A stretch of 64,000 nucleotides of DNA from Camelus dromedarius (Eukaryota): positions 45,448,001 to 45,512,000 of the forward strand of contig NC_087436.1 in the NCBI RefSeq assembly GCF_036321535.1. Reading direction: 5' to 3'. Below are positions 12,651 through 25,057 of this stretch, piece after piece. Made by a program: the position numbers and the translations under genes. The notes beneath the pieces were generated by a model. It was not told where the DNA came from. It saw only the letters and a list, made by a program, of their open reading frames with translations, and searched no databases. The stretch's first letter is position 1. Every line of letters starts with the position of its first letter.

Positions 12651-13064
12651 TGTTACGGAAACGACAGGCCAGTCAAGAAACAAGCACCACTCGGAGGGTT
12701 GGAGTACTCAGATGTATTACGCCGGCGGGCTCAGAGGGGCTTCTGCTCCAAAGCTCTGAGCACCTCCAAGACGTGCGCATGAGGTTTTATAGGGTAAAGT
12801 ACAAGCTTGGGGTATTAGGCCAATAGGCATGGAACAGCTTTAGCAGCATTATCATCACAAAAGTGGAGGCAGGGAGGCAGCAAACCAACATTCCAAAGCC
12901 AGATATGTATCTTTGAAAACCCAGCTGGCTAGCAAAAAAACATGAACAGCAAACCAACACTAATTAACCTAGATTTACAAGTTAGTCTAGCAGAACTCAG
13001 ATCAGTATTTTGATACTAAGATTTGTGAGTTATCTTGTTAGCCCAGCCCGGTTTTTCCTTCACA
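12651..13064 (-). mobile_element. Young ERV1-type solo LTR, copy B
   Basis: Same family as copy A, TG...CA termini, flanked by CAT/CAT(T). Lacks one ~51-bp U3 repeat unit. Confidence 0.9.
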
Positions 13065-13500
13065 CATTACGAAGAGGTCTTATTCATTCCAACCCTGTGC
13101 AATATGACTTCTGCCCATTTCATCTTATAAACATTCCTCTCTCAAAAGTCTCAAGTAATTTTCTATTAATCAAGTGGAATGGCATCTTTGTGGTATTCTT
13201 ACTATTATGTCTTTCTGCAGCATTCCACTCTGTTGGACTTCCTCCCTTGAAAATATCTCCTCAATTGGTAACACCCAGCTTTCTTGTTTTCCTCCTACTT
13301 CTCCAAGCGTGTCCTCCTTCACTAGCTCCACCCTTTAGACCACTTTTAAACAATTGCATTTGGTGACGTTCCTCTAAACCATTTTAAAATCTCACTATTC
13401 TGAGAGGGCTTCAGCTACTATTTATTTGTAGTGACTCATAAACTGTATCTCACTAACAAGCTCCAAATACAAATTTCTAACTCAACATTCCAAAACTTTT
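13065..13500 (+). mobile_element. L2 fragment (probable host of LTR copy B)
   Basis: 'tgcaatatgacttctgccc...tctctcaaaagtc...tctttctgcagcattccactctgttg' is L2 ORF2-like. Confidence 0.5.
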
Positions 13501-14002
13501 CTTGCTCCTGAAAATCCAGCTCTCCTTTTCTATATCCCGTGTCTAAACTAATAGCCAAGGAATACCTCTGGTGACAGGCTCAGAGGCTCGTCTCCCGGAA
13601 CTCCTCCCTTTCCCTCATTTCCCACATCTAATCAGTAGCCACACCCCGTCATCCTACCTCCCCAGGGCTTCTGGAATCCTTTTCATTCCTAGAGCTTTTG
13701 TTCAGATTCCCTTTACATGGGACAGCCACCCATATGGGATTATCATTTTAAACACCTTGCCCAATTTATATGGTAAATAAATGGTATCTCTTCATTGCTT
13801 TCATTTAAATTTCTTGGTTTGCTGGATAGTCAGACACCTCTTATAACCTGTCTCATGTCTTCTCTGCCCACTTTTAACATCGTTTTTGCTATGTAATCCA
13901 GTATTAAACTCTTTTTTGCTATGTGACCCAGCAATCCAACAGTACCCTGCTTCCCCTGTACAGCATTATTTCTCTTTCTCTGCTCTGTAGCTTCTCTGGT
14001 GT

Positions 14003-14628
14003 TGAGACAGTAAAGGGGCAGGGCACAGCCACTCAAGGAATGCCACAGCAATTAACATCAAAATGGTGGAAGAGTCAACCCCCCGTAGGCCTTGAGGCTC
14101 TGGATGATGAGAGATTTAACTTCTAGTAGATCTTGAGCTTCATTATATGCCCATTGTAATACATTAACATGGTGAATAACACACCCACAGGCACCATGGC
14201 AGTCCCAAGGCTAGCCACAAAAGTCAAAGAGTGGGAAATGGCCACCTTCCTGGGAATCCCTGCCCCATCCCCAGGCTGCTGAGACTGGTCCTTCCACTTA
14301 TTAGCATATGAAGCCACCAAGCACATAAAAACCCACAACACAGCACCTCGCAGCCACCCCTCCCTCTCCCTCTTTGGAGTCAGCCCACGTTATGTCTACG
14401 GAGTGTGTACCTACTTTTAATCTGAGCACCCAACCCCCACACCTTGTGGCCTTTCTCTTGCCTTTCATTGTATCTCTGAATAAATCTACCTTCACTCAAC
14501 TGTGGCTCACTCTGGAATTCTTTCCTGCGTGAAGCCAAGGACCCACACTTGGTGCGGCACGTCCCAGGGGCTCAAGTGAGACCTGGGACACAGCCCTTCT
14601 CACACCCCACATATGTTTTCTTGCATCA
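14003..14628 (+). mobile_element. ERV1-type solo LTR (family shared with 50214-50828)
   Basis: TGAGACAG...GCATCA termini, exact 4-bp TSD GTGT, TATA-like CATAAAA and AATAAA. Confidence 0.9.
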
Positions 14629-14647
14629 GTGTCACAATGAGAGATGC

Positions 14648-15084
14648 TGTAGGAACCTACCAGTACATGTACTATAGACAAAAAGAACAAAGAGTGTCTC
14701 TCATCGTCCAGTTACATAAATGGTTGAGTCTCAGCCTACTGCAGTTTGGGATATATGGTCCCCTGGATAGTTAAGATGAGTATCTAAGGAAGAATTTCAG
14801 TGACTCCAGGTTCTTGCATCTCCCCATAGAAAAGCACTAAAGTCATTAACTTGAGATAACCTGCTTTTTGTGATTAGTAGTAATCTTTTACCAAGATGTA
14901 TGCTTGCCTACATGTATTTCCCAGCCAAAAAAAAAAAATCATATATATAATGGATCCTTCCCTACCTCTTCAGAGAAGTCCCCTCAGAGCTACTGAGAAG
15001 CTGTTTTCTGGGCTATAGTTCTCAGTAAGGTCCCTGAATAAAACAACTCAATTTTTATGTTGTGTTTTTTTCTTTCAGTCAATA
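14648..15084 (+). mobile_element. ERV1-type solo LTR, different family
   Basis: 'cctacctcttcagagaagtcccctcagagctactgaga...tccctgaataaaa...ttcagtcaa' resembles an LTR R/U5 region. Confidence 0.6.
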
Positions 15085-15099
15085 AGTGCAAGGGAGTTA

Positions 15100-16024
15100 A
15101 ACCCTGTGGGGAAACCTTTAACCAGTGGGTGCAGAAGTAAGTGGATTCAGCCCATAACAGGGAGATTATCCACATTGTCTGGTCTAATCACACAAGCGCT
15201 TAAAAGCAGAGACTTTCTCTAGCTAGTGGCAGGAGAGAAAGGCAGACAGGTTCCACAGTGATTTGAATTGTGCCCCCCCCGCCTCCCCCCAAATATGTTC
15301 AGGTTCTAGCCCCCAGTACCTATAAACGTGGTCATATTTGGAAATAGAGTCTTTGCAGATATAAAGTGAGTCTGTTATTCTTAGGAGTTCTGATGAGGTC
15401 ATGTTGGAGTAGGGTGAGCCCTAAATCCAATGACTGATGTCTTTATGAGATGAAGGAGAGAGAGATTTGGATGCAGAGACAGAGAGAAGAAAGCCTTGTG
15501 ATGACAGAGAGATTGGAGAGATGTGGCTGCAAGCCAAGGGATGACAAGGATTACCAGGAGCCACTAGAAGCTAGGAAAAGGCAAGAAAGGTCACATCCCT
15601 AGAGTTTCAGAGGGAGCATGGACCTATTAAAACCTTGATTTAAGACTTCTGGAAACCAGAACAGTGAGAGAATAAATTCTATTGTTCCAAGCCACTCAAT
15701 TTGTGGTAATCTGTTACGACAGTTCCAAGGAAACTAACACAGAATAAAAGCATGAGGATTCCACATCTAGTTGCCTGCTTGAAAGTGCAGGGGGCCACAT
15801 GGAAAGTGTGAGAAGGAACTATATTCCGTCAGCATCTTGAATAAGCTTGGCAGCAGATTCTTCCCCAGAACTTCCAGAAAAGAATGCAGCCCTGCCAGCA
15901 CTTTGGTTTCAGCCTTATGAAATCCTGAGCAGAGAATCTAGCCACATCATGCTGTAGATAATAAATAAGTGTTTTAAGCTGCTAAATTTGTGGTAATTTG
16001 TTATGAAACATAGTAAACCAATAT
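15100..16024 (+). mobile_element. MLT1E-like MaLR LTR, interrupted by a younger MLT1
   Basis: 'agggagattatcc...ctaatcacacaagcgcttaaaagcagag' and 'cagattcttccccaga...gttttaagctgctaaatttgtggtaatttgttatg'. Confidence 0.7.
15258..15741 (+). mobile_element. MLT1C-like MaLR LTR (nested)
   Basis: 'ttgaattgtgcccccc...atttggaaatagagtctttgcagat...ggaaactaacaca'. Confidence 0.8.
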
Positions 16025-16532
16025 ACCACAAAATTGACGAACATGGAAGAAGCAAGAAATTCAAATGCCCAAACCTAACATAAATAAGAATTACTTCAGT
16101 GTATGAATCATAAGAGATGGATTTGAGAGGGCCTTTTTCAGTCTCAAGCTTCCTGACTCATCTAAACTAAAGAGTCTAATTATGGATGCAGAAGGGCTGA
16201 AACCCAGTATGTCCAGGCTAAAGAGAAGAGGGCAAGTCACTTGCCACCTGGGCCAAGATTCTCACTAAGAATGGTGATGATGATCAGAAAGGGACTAACT
16301 ATAGCATCCAAGTATAAAACATCGCACTTGTAATAAAATATAAGTAAAAGAAAGTATAAGTAAAATTTACCCTGAATTTAGCCCATTTATTATATGTATA
16401 TACACATGTACATATATATATATAAATTTGTGTTATAAAATTATACATATATAATTTTATCTATAAATTATAGCTATATAATTTTATAAATCATGTCAAA
16501 GTTTATATATGTATTTTATGTATATTTGTGTA

Positions 16533-16535
<3 letters not shown>

Positions 16536-16567
<32 letters not shown>

Positions 16568-16585
16568 GAGAGAGAGAGAGAGAGA
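16536..16585. repeat. Compound (TG)n(AG)n microsatellite next to a TA-rich tract
   Basis: Directly visible. Confidence 0.95.
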
Positions 16586-16729
16586 AATTAACAGAACTAT
16601 CCTTAGAGGAATGGCCAGATGGATGCTAGGGAAGCCCCAAGTACCTGCAACGCCAATCTTGAAGTTTTAGATTTCAGACTGCTGAACGATTGAATGAATG
16701 GCTATGTTATTCATGACTGGAGTTGGCTT

Positions 16730-17286
16730 TGTCATGGGTCACCTTGATTAATCTGAACAACATTCCCAGAATTCATGTGTCTATCTGTTTTGGTTAGGGG
16801 AGTCACCAGAGATTCCGGGGTGGGGATGAGGGGTGGGGTTGGAGGGCAGAAGTGAAGCAGTAGTCATTTTGCAGCTCCCATGCATCCTCACTGATCCACT
16901 AGGTCACCTTGTTGGAGTGAGATCCAGGCAGGCCTGCAACTTCTCCACCTTCCCTGTGATCCTTCTGAAACTTCTCTGATGTGTGGGCTGGGTAGGTGTG
17001 TGTTTAGCAACATAAGAAGGAACCCAAGCTTCTGCTCAGAATCTCACACAGGTTTCAACCCATTCTCACAGACTCCAGCTCATGCTCATGGGTTCCAGCT
17101 TATCCTTGCTTCTCCTTCCTTCGTTTTCATCTTCTCTTTCCCACCGCCTGGCCCCTGGGCTTCACAATTCTCACATCAGACAGGAAGACAGCAGACAGCC
17201 TCAGAGACACTGCTTTACAACTGTGTAAAGTCAAATCATACACGTACACATACATATGCAACATGTATGGAACCCTGACTGGTACA
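16730..17286 (+). mobile_element. MLT2-like ERVL LTR
   Basis: Starts 'tgtcatgggtcaccttg...cattcccagaattc' and ends 'accctgactggtaca'. Confidence 0.65.
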
Positions 17287-18919
17287 CTAATCTACATGTA
17301 TGTCTTTTTTCTTTTTTTCATATGATGATAGAGAAGAAAAACGTAAAACTTTGAAAATGAGGGAGTGCAATTTTCTTAAATTAGCTCTTAGATATGTTTA
17401 ATGTTAAAACTCCAGGAAAAATGTATACACACTGATACTTTTATTTTGGGATCCCCATCTAGCCATATCCTACTCAGACATTTTATCCAATAAAATTTTC
17501 TTGACATTAATAATACTACAAGAAATTGTGCAGACAATTTCAAGCCGTTTAAAGTGTTTAGGTATGTATATCCAGTCATGGCATGTAAAATAGAATGTAA
17601 TAAATATAGCAAAATGCCAGAAATGCCAGGAAATTTATGAAGAAACTTTAATCTGAATACAGTTCAGCAAAGGTAATTTTGAATAAAGGAGAAAAATTAA
17701 TAGAAACATTGTATCGTTTCATAGAATGAGAAATACAGGCATATGTCTCTAAGGCAATGAACTATTCTTATAAGTGTAAGAACTCGTTTATTTTGTCTTC
17801 ATGACCCTTATGAGTTTTTATGTAAATATGATTGTGAAATCATTCTATCTAGAGTTTATCTATATACTTGATGTAAAATTAATAAAAGTTAAATTTCAAA
17901 TATATGTCATCACGTTCAAAGTACTTGTAAATTGTATTCAATGATAAGATTCAAGATTACGCTCTGCCTCTTTTTAGGTAAATAACAACGTGCTTAGGAA
18001 ACACATCTTACTGAATTGTGACCAAAAAATTCAAGAAGCAAAAAATTCAGCGGCAAATACCTTTACAATCTAGTTAAGAACAGAACTACATCACCTTTCT
18101 TTCTCAAAAACATATCAGACAGATATAATCTGAATCACCAGAAATGTTATGAAATAATGGCTGACAAAACCAGAAATTTCTTTGTTGAAAAATAATATCT
18201 TTTGCCTTGCACAAGACAGTTTTAAGTTGGGTTTTTCCAGGAAGGATCAAATTAAAAGTGGTGATAACTAAAGCCACAAACCACAAATAATTATTTTATT
18301 CCTACACAAGAAATTGACTAAAATATTAAAGATACTATGCATATTGCCCATAATCAGGAGCAAAGGGAAAATATTTGAGGTAATTTAATAAAGCACATCA
18401 AAAATATCGTGCACCCTTCACTACACACTTTCATTCATTGACTTTTCAGCAAAGTTTAAACTGTACATATTCAATTAAAATTTGAAAAGTACTTTCAAAC
18501 ATTTACCAAAGTAATTACACCAAAAATAAACTCTACTGAGGGTAGGAGATTTTAATCCAAGCAAATGATCACTCCATTGACCTTTAGGTACTCTCTAACA
18601 CGAACCTTGATTTTTTTTTCCTCACCAAGGTAAAGCTCTCGTACCTTCCTATTTGAAAATGAGCACTTCTTCCCCAGTGAACCCAAATACACATTTAACT
18701 TATCTTAATTGTGTTTACTTAGTATTGAAGTTTACAAACTTATTTCTGTTCGTAAGATTTAAGAGTGTTCTCTTATCCTCAAGGTGCATTAGGCGTGCTT
18801 TCTCACATTCTCATGGATATCAACCAATTACGTAATTATTTGGGGCATAATGTCAAAATGTTAGCTGAAAGCTAAAGTTTACTTTTCAGCAGTACACTCT
18901 GCAGTCCTTCCCTCAGCCC

Positions 18920-19376
18920 CTGTGGGAGGCTGCACAGATAGATGGCTCTAACTCATCACCCCTGCCTATAGCATGCCTTTGCATCTAACTTTGCTGTGCC
19001 CTTCCACCCATGAGCAAAGCGACCACCCCTGACCCTGGTCTCCACCATGTGACTTGCTCTAGCCAATGGAATGTGAGTGGACTAAATGCAAGTAGAGGCT
19101 TGAAGTGGGTGTGTCATTGGGACATTCTTTCTCTTGCACCTCTGCCATCACCATGAAAAAGACATGCCCACACTTTCCACAGGTCCCAGGAAAAGAACTG
19201 AGAGATGTAAGAAGCAGAGCCAATATGCAGACCCTTGAGCAAGAGCAGCCTAGATCAACTAAGCCCAGCCTCGATCCACTGAACTGCAGAGAAGCACGAG
19301 GAGGAAATGTTTACTTTGTTGGCCACTGAGGTTTCTGGGTGTTTGTTACAAAGCATTATTGGAGCAAAAGATATGT
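18920..19376 (+). mobile_element. Old MLT1 (H/I/J-like) LTR
   Basis: 'ccatgtgacttgctctagccaatggaatgtgagtgg' and 'gccactgaggtttctgggtgtttgttacaaagcatt'. Confidence 0.7.
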
Positions 19377-19454
19377 GACAAAGGACCAAATCCTAGAAAT
19401 GAAAAAAAAAAAAAGATTGCCATTAAAAATGAGTGAATACACAGCCACAGTCAT

Positions 19455-20215
19455 TAATTAATGCATTCAGTCAATATATATTGAGGGTGTACTCTATGTC
19501 AGGCACTGTTTTACACGCTAGTGATATGCAGTGAACAAAAACAGTTCAGGTGGGGGAAGACAAACAATAGACAAATAAAAACAAAAGGTAATGTGCTATG
19601 GTGAAAAGTGCTGTAGAGAAAAATAAACAGGAGAATAAATAGAAGCAGAGGGTACAATTATGGACAGGGTGGTCAAGGAAGGACACTCAGAGAAGGTGAA
19701 GTTTAAGCAAAGGTGTGAACAGGTGAGGGAATGAACCTTGTAGAATATCTAAAGGAAGAGTTTTCTGGGCAGAGAGGAGTAAGTGCAAAAGCAGAGGTAG
19801 CATACGCTTGGCATGCACAGTGAACAGCAGGGAAGCCTGTGTGGCCAGAGCACAGGAGGTGAAGGGAAGAGTAGCTAAATGAAATCAGAAAATTACCCAG
19901 CGACCAGATTCTGTAGGGTCTGATCATCATTTTATTCTATGTGAGGAGGGAAGACACTGGGAGGGCTGTGTATGGAAGGGTGGCATGATTTGATTTATAG
20001 TTGAACTGATCATCCTGGTTGCTATGTGGAAATTAGATAAGGGGGGATAAACTTCAAAGCAAGGAAACCAGGTAGGAGATTATTCCAGGAATCCAGAGAA
20101 TGAAGATGGGGATTTAGACCAAGGTGGTAGAATTGGAGGGGGGAAACAATTCAATTTGAAACATATTTTGTAGGCACAGATGACCAGATTTGCTAGTAGA
20201 CTGAATACGAAGTTG
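19455..20215 (-). mobile_element. L2a fragment
   Basis: 'tattgagggtgtactctatgtcaggcactgtttt...cagggtggtcaaggaagg...tggcatgatttgatttat'. Confidence 0.8.
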
Positions 20216-21189
20216 CAAATAGGATATAAACCAAACTGATTATAGTGGCTATCTCTGAAGAGGAGGGAGAATAGAACAATCCATGATGGTCAAAGAGGAC
20301 CTTAACTTTACCTCGTAACTGAAGTTTCCATTTTGCAAGGAGTGCATAGTCACATAGGCTTAGATATATGACAAATGTTGATAGAAATTATCTCTGGAAG
20401 GGAATATATGGATAATTTTAAAGTCTTCTGCTTTTCGCTTATTTATAATTCTATATATTTTCTAATATATATTTCTTTTGTAAAGATTTTTTTAAAGTTT
20501 TACGTAAGTTTTATTGAGCACCTAGCATGCAATGTAGGCACAGTAATGGTAATAAAATATATGCTGTTCTATAGAAGTTACAATCTAGCAAAGATATTTG
20601 GACTCAAAGAACTGGGCTAGTGATGTGTAAGAAGATCATTGTCTTTGCTCCCGTTGTGTCTGCTTCTGGGAGAATAGCTGTACCTTGTACTTTTCCAAGA
20701 AAACCTGCTAGCAGGTACACAGTCTTGCCCTGTAGACACCTTAGTAAGACTTAGAGGAGGATACTGCAAAAGATCAGGAAAAAATTCCCTGGGAGAGACT
20801 CTTTTTGGTAAGTTATTGCTGTTATAGCCACCACCTCTCTTCCAAATGATCATTAAAAACCCACCTCTCCATGCTGAAGATGTGCAGATGTCTACTGGCT
20901 TGTGTAGATCTCTTGATAATAGGTAGTTCATAGCTAGACATGCTGACTGTTCTAAGTCATCCCAAATTTCTCTTCTTAAACACAAGGAAAGAATGAGTCT
21001 TGAAAAAATTTGTACCACATTTATAGATTCTAAACTTTGTGATATACTTATTCCTAAATTAATTCTGATTATAGCTGCCAGCATAAATATCTGCATATTA
21101 TTTCTAAACCTAATTATACTTCCATCAAGTTTACAGAGCACCTTAAATTTATCTTAAGTTTTTTATGGCAAACATATGAATGCTTGCTT

Positions 21190-22290
21190 ATTTTTTATGC
21201 TGAAGAGAAGAAAACCAATGGGAAAAGAGAGAGATTGAAGAGAGGGGAACTGACTAATAAAGCAAGTGCCCAGAGGCCAATGGAATAGAGTCAGAGCACA
21301 AAACATGCCACTGAACAGTTTTCAGAATACTAGGTTCAAGTTGCTAACAATGAATGCCAGTAAGTTTCTAAGAATATGAGAAGATAGTTATGAAAAATCT
21401 TAAAATCTTATCTAGCTTCTCAGTTTTCTAGAGCAAACAAATGACCTCCTGAGAATGAGAGTGTTGGGTTAATGCTTGAGGAAATTTAGAATAGCCGTCA
21501 AGGAGCAGAGCAGAGAAAGCTGAATGTTGACATTGGTACGGAAATCTCATGAGATTGGATAGAGATAATGAGTTTGTGCTGGTGCCAATCCATGTGTTTC
21601 TCCAACAGTCCTCAACAGTACAGGTACAGCAGGGTGGTGGGTGTGGGTTGAATAAACAGGATGTAAATACATATTGGCCATCCTTGAATGCCAGGAGCTT
21701 TGTTTGTACAATTGGCATAAGGGATTTGTTGAAATTCTTTGGCCAATGAACAGTATTATGAAAGCAATATCTTGTAATAGAGTATGGAGTGGGGGGAAAT
21801 GACGTTAGTCCACATATTAGGTACTGAGGACAGGAATGGGGGCAGAGCAATGTGAATGTAAAGAAAATTGGGTCAAGCCACATGCTAAGAAAGTAAAATG
21901 ATTTTTTGACTGATTGATCAAATGAAGTGAAAGTAATGGAAGCATCTAATATTTTGAACCAGGTTAATTTAAAAAATTGAAAAATGAATTTCCTTGTACA
22001 TCCCAAAAGTATGTAAAGAAAAATCAATCAATATACTGGAGAAGTTGGAAGAAGAATCAGACATAGTTTTGATTGTGTTATTAAGAGGAGGGAGTCTTGA
22101 AACAAGTTATTTTGAGGAGAGAGCAGGTCCAGCCAAGTGGAAATAACAAACAGGCCATTGGCGTTGTTAGATGTCATGGCAGGGCTGAAGATTCCAATGC
22201 AAACTGCCTAAACAGGGTTGCTGAGGTGCAAAAAGAAAGAGAAAAAGAGGGAGGGGGGAAATGGTATAGCCGGAGAGGCAAAAAAGAAGC
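21190..22290 (-). mobile_element. L2 (c/d-like) fragment
   Basis: Purine-rich antisense L2 body. It probably accounts for the 199-aa minus-strand ORF. Confidence 0.4.
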
Positions 22291-22869
22291 TTCCTAGATT
22301 TCACAGGGAAAGAAATTTAAAAGATGTAAATATTCAATGGCATCAATTCCAGTTGCAAATTTTGGGACTCTTTTTCAAAAAAGTAATCTTTTTAGTGTCA
22401 AATGCCTGATTTTTCTTCACTCTTATTCTAGTCTTGTCTTCTGTCTGATCTGCATGGATGTGTTTAATATGCAGAGTTAGCAAATGAGATTGGCTCTTCC
22501 CCCAGTGCCAGCCAGTCCCCCAGTCTCCCTCCAGGACCCTATACTGGTGCTAAGTTTGGCTAAGTATCAGCCAAACAAATCACTTGTAAATAACCCAGTG
22601 TTCCTTTGCGTGTGCAGAGGACTGCAAGGCCCAAGGTGTTTGACTCCATTACATAGGTCTCTAGAGAATTGGAGGCACACAAATAGTCCCATAGTCCCAA
22701 TGAGACTGACTTTTTTTTTCTTTTTTCTTCTTTTTCTTTTATGTAGGAGAAACATACTATTACTCAACCTCTGCTATAAGGTTGGCAGCCCTGAGAACTC
22801 CTTTTTTAATGTAGGATGTTATGGATGTATTCCTGTTTTCTTAATCATGTATTTTTTTCAATATATATC

Positions 22870-23599
22870 ATGCATTTTTTAATTACCCAAAGTCCATAGC
22901 TTACATTAGGGTTCATTCTTGGTGTTGAACATTCTGTGGGCTTTGACAAATGTAGAATGACATGTGTTCATCATTATTGTATCAAACAGAATAGTTTCAC
23001 TGCCCTAAAAGTCCCCTGTGCTCCACCTATTCTTTCCTCCCTTAGCCCATTCCCACCACTTATCTTTTTACTGTCTCCATAGTTTTGCCCTTTTCAGAAT
23101 GTCATATAGTTGGAATCAAACAGTATGTAGCCTTTTTTAGATTGGCTCCTTTCATTTAGTAATATACATTTTAGGTTATTCCATGTCTTTTCATGGCATG
23201 ATGACTCATTTCATTTTAGTTAGTACTGCAGAATATTCGACTGCCTGGATGGACCACAGTTTATTTATCTACTCACCTACTGAAGGACGTCTTGGTTGCT
23301 TCCAAGTTTGGGTAATTATGAATAAAATATCCATATGCAGGCATTTGTGTGGACATAGGTTTTCAGCTCCTTCGGGTGAATACCAAGGAGTACAATTGCT
23401 GATCATATGGTAAAAGTATGTTTCATTTTGTGAGAAATTGTCATACTGTCTTCCAATGTGGCTGTACCATTTTGCATTTCCACCAGCAATGAATGAGAGT
23501 ACCCATTGTCCCACATCCTCACCAGCATTAGATGTTTTCAGTTTTTTCTTTCTTTTTCTTTCTTCCTTCCTTCCTTCCTTCCTTCCTTCCTTCCTTCCT

Positions 23600-23631
<32 letters not shown>

Positions 23632-23659
23632 TTCCTTCCTTCCTTCCTTCCTTTCTTTT

Positions 23660-23701
<42 letters not shown>

Positions 23702-23772
23702 TTTCTTCCTTTCTTCCTTTCTTCCTTTCTTCCTTTCTTCCTTTCTTCCTTTCTTCCTTTCTTCCTTTCTTC

Positions 23773-23839
<67 letters not shown>

Positions 23840-23930
23840 TCCCATTCTAATAGAGGTCTAGAGGTCCAGCAAGTATTTTAAGTAACATTTCATTGCATAT
23901 CAAAACCACAATGAGATATCAACTCACATC
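22870..23930 (-). mobile_element. L1MC-like 3' fragment containing an expanded microsatellite
   Basis: 'aaagtccatagcttacattagggttcattcttggtgttg...gtttcactgccctaaaa' and 'gctgtaccattttgcatttccaccagcaatgaatgagag'. Confidence 0.85.
23542..23843. repeat. ~302-bp pure pyrimidine compound microsatellite (CTTT)n/(CTTC)n/(CTTTCTTC)n
   Basis: No purine on the + strand across the interval. Confidence 0.98.
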
Positions 23931-24329
23931 ACTTTTCATCATAACTATTTCACATCCACTTCTCCTCCCTTTTCATTCTCAACTGACAATCTCATGTCTC
24001 ATTTCAAGAGAAAATAAAATCTCCAAACAAAGCTCTCTCAGCCTCTGCCACCGACTTGCACTCTACTTCTTCCCCAGCATTTAAATACAATTTTGCACTC
24101 CAAATAAAACCCACCCACCCCCTACCAATCCTTCACTCCATCTAGGTATGGATCTGTCTTTCTATTCAGAGTCAAATTTTATAGATAGTTGATTGATTCA
24201 TTCAGCAAATATTTGCTAAGTGTAAACTACATGTGAGGTTTTGCTTTAAGTGGTAGAGATTCAACAAAGACCACAGTAGACAAAATTCCCTGCCCATGTG
24301 GAATATCTATTTTACAGGACATCTGTAAC

Positions 24330-25057
24330 CATTTCCTCATTTCCAATTTATATCACTACCCAACATCATCTGGCTTCTGCTTCTACCCTCTTTCGCAGAC
24401 TGCTCTTCCCAAGGTCATTAATGTTCTCCTTGTAACGCCCACAGAAATTTTTTCTTTTAGTTCTCCTCTTATTAGATGCAGATTTTGCAGCATTTGAGAC
24501 GATTGACTATATATTCTTAAAACCCTAGGCCTTTCAGATGATGTCCATCCCTGATTACAAACATTTAATGGCTGCACATCCCTTTTAGGATAATGTTTTA
24601 AATCCCTCACAGATGATAAGGCCTTACTGATGACTCTCCTGCTTTCCTCTCCAGCCTCAATCCTCACCTTCTTAGCCTTAGCCTTGGTGGGCCATTCTTG
24701 GTTCCAACCATCCTGATCTCTCCATGGTCCACTGGGAGTCCCATGCACTCCTCCCCTCTTCCCTTGGCTCATCCCTACTCACCTGGCAGGCCTCAGCTTT
24801 GGCATCCTTTTGTCTGGGAGCCTTAAGCTTCCAGTTTTAAAATCTGCACCTTTCTTACATGCTTTCAGAAAAACCTGTAATTTTTCATCTGGCAGCATCT
24901 ATCACAGTATGCTGTCCTCCTCAGTTTTCTTTTCTACATCCTGTTGGGATATATAAGACTCTTAAGAGTGAAGACTAATTCTTATTCAAGATATACTTCC
25001 AGTGCCTAGCATAGTGTTTGGCATAGAGTAGTTCCTTAACAGCTATTACATGAATTA
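24330..25057 (+). mobile_element. L2 fragment
   Basis: 'tctggcttctgc...ctgctcttcccaaggtcattaatg' and 3' end 'ccagtgcctagcatagtgtttggcatagagtag'. Confidence 0.65.

Noticed and set aside
11834..13068. LTR pair as one deleted provirus
   Set aside because: Copy A has its own complete TSD, the outer flanks differ, and the spacer has no PBS or retroviral coding sequence that I can see.
20617..21141. 174-aa minus-strand ORF
   Set aside because: Non-ATG start, no recognisable domain, compatible with chance.
21428..22027. Longest ORF in the track (199 aa)
   Set aside because: Lies in decayed L2-like sequence, with no recognisable protein or exon structure.
23438..23881. Four overlapping ORFs of 105-147 aa (FLPS/KERK-rich)
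   Set aside because: They are translations of a stop-free microsatellite.
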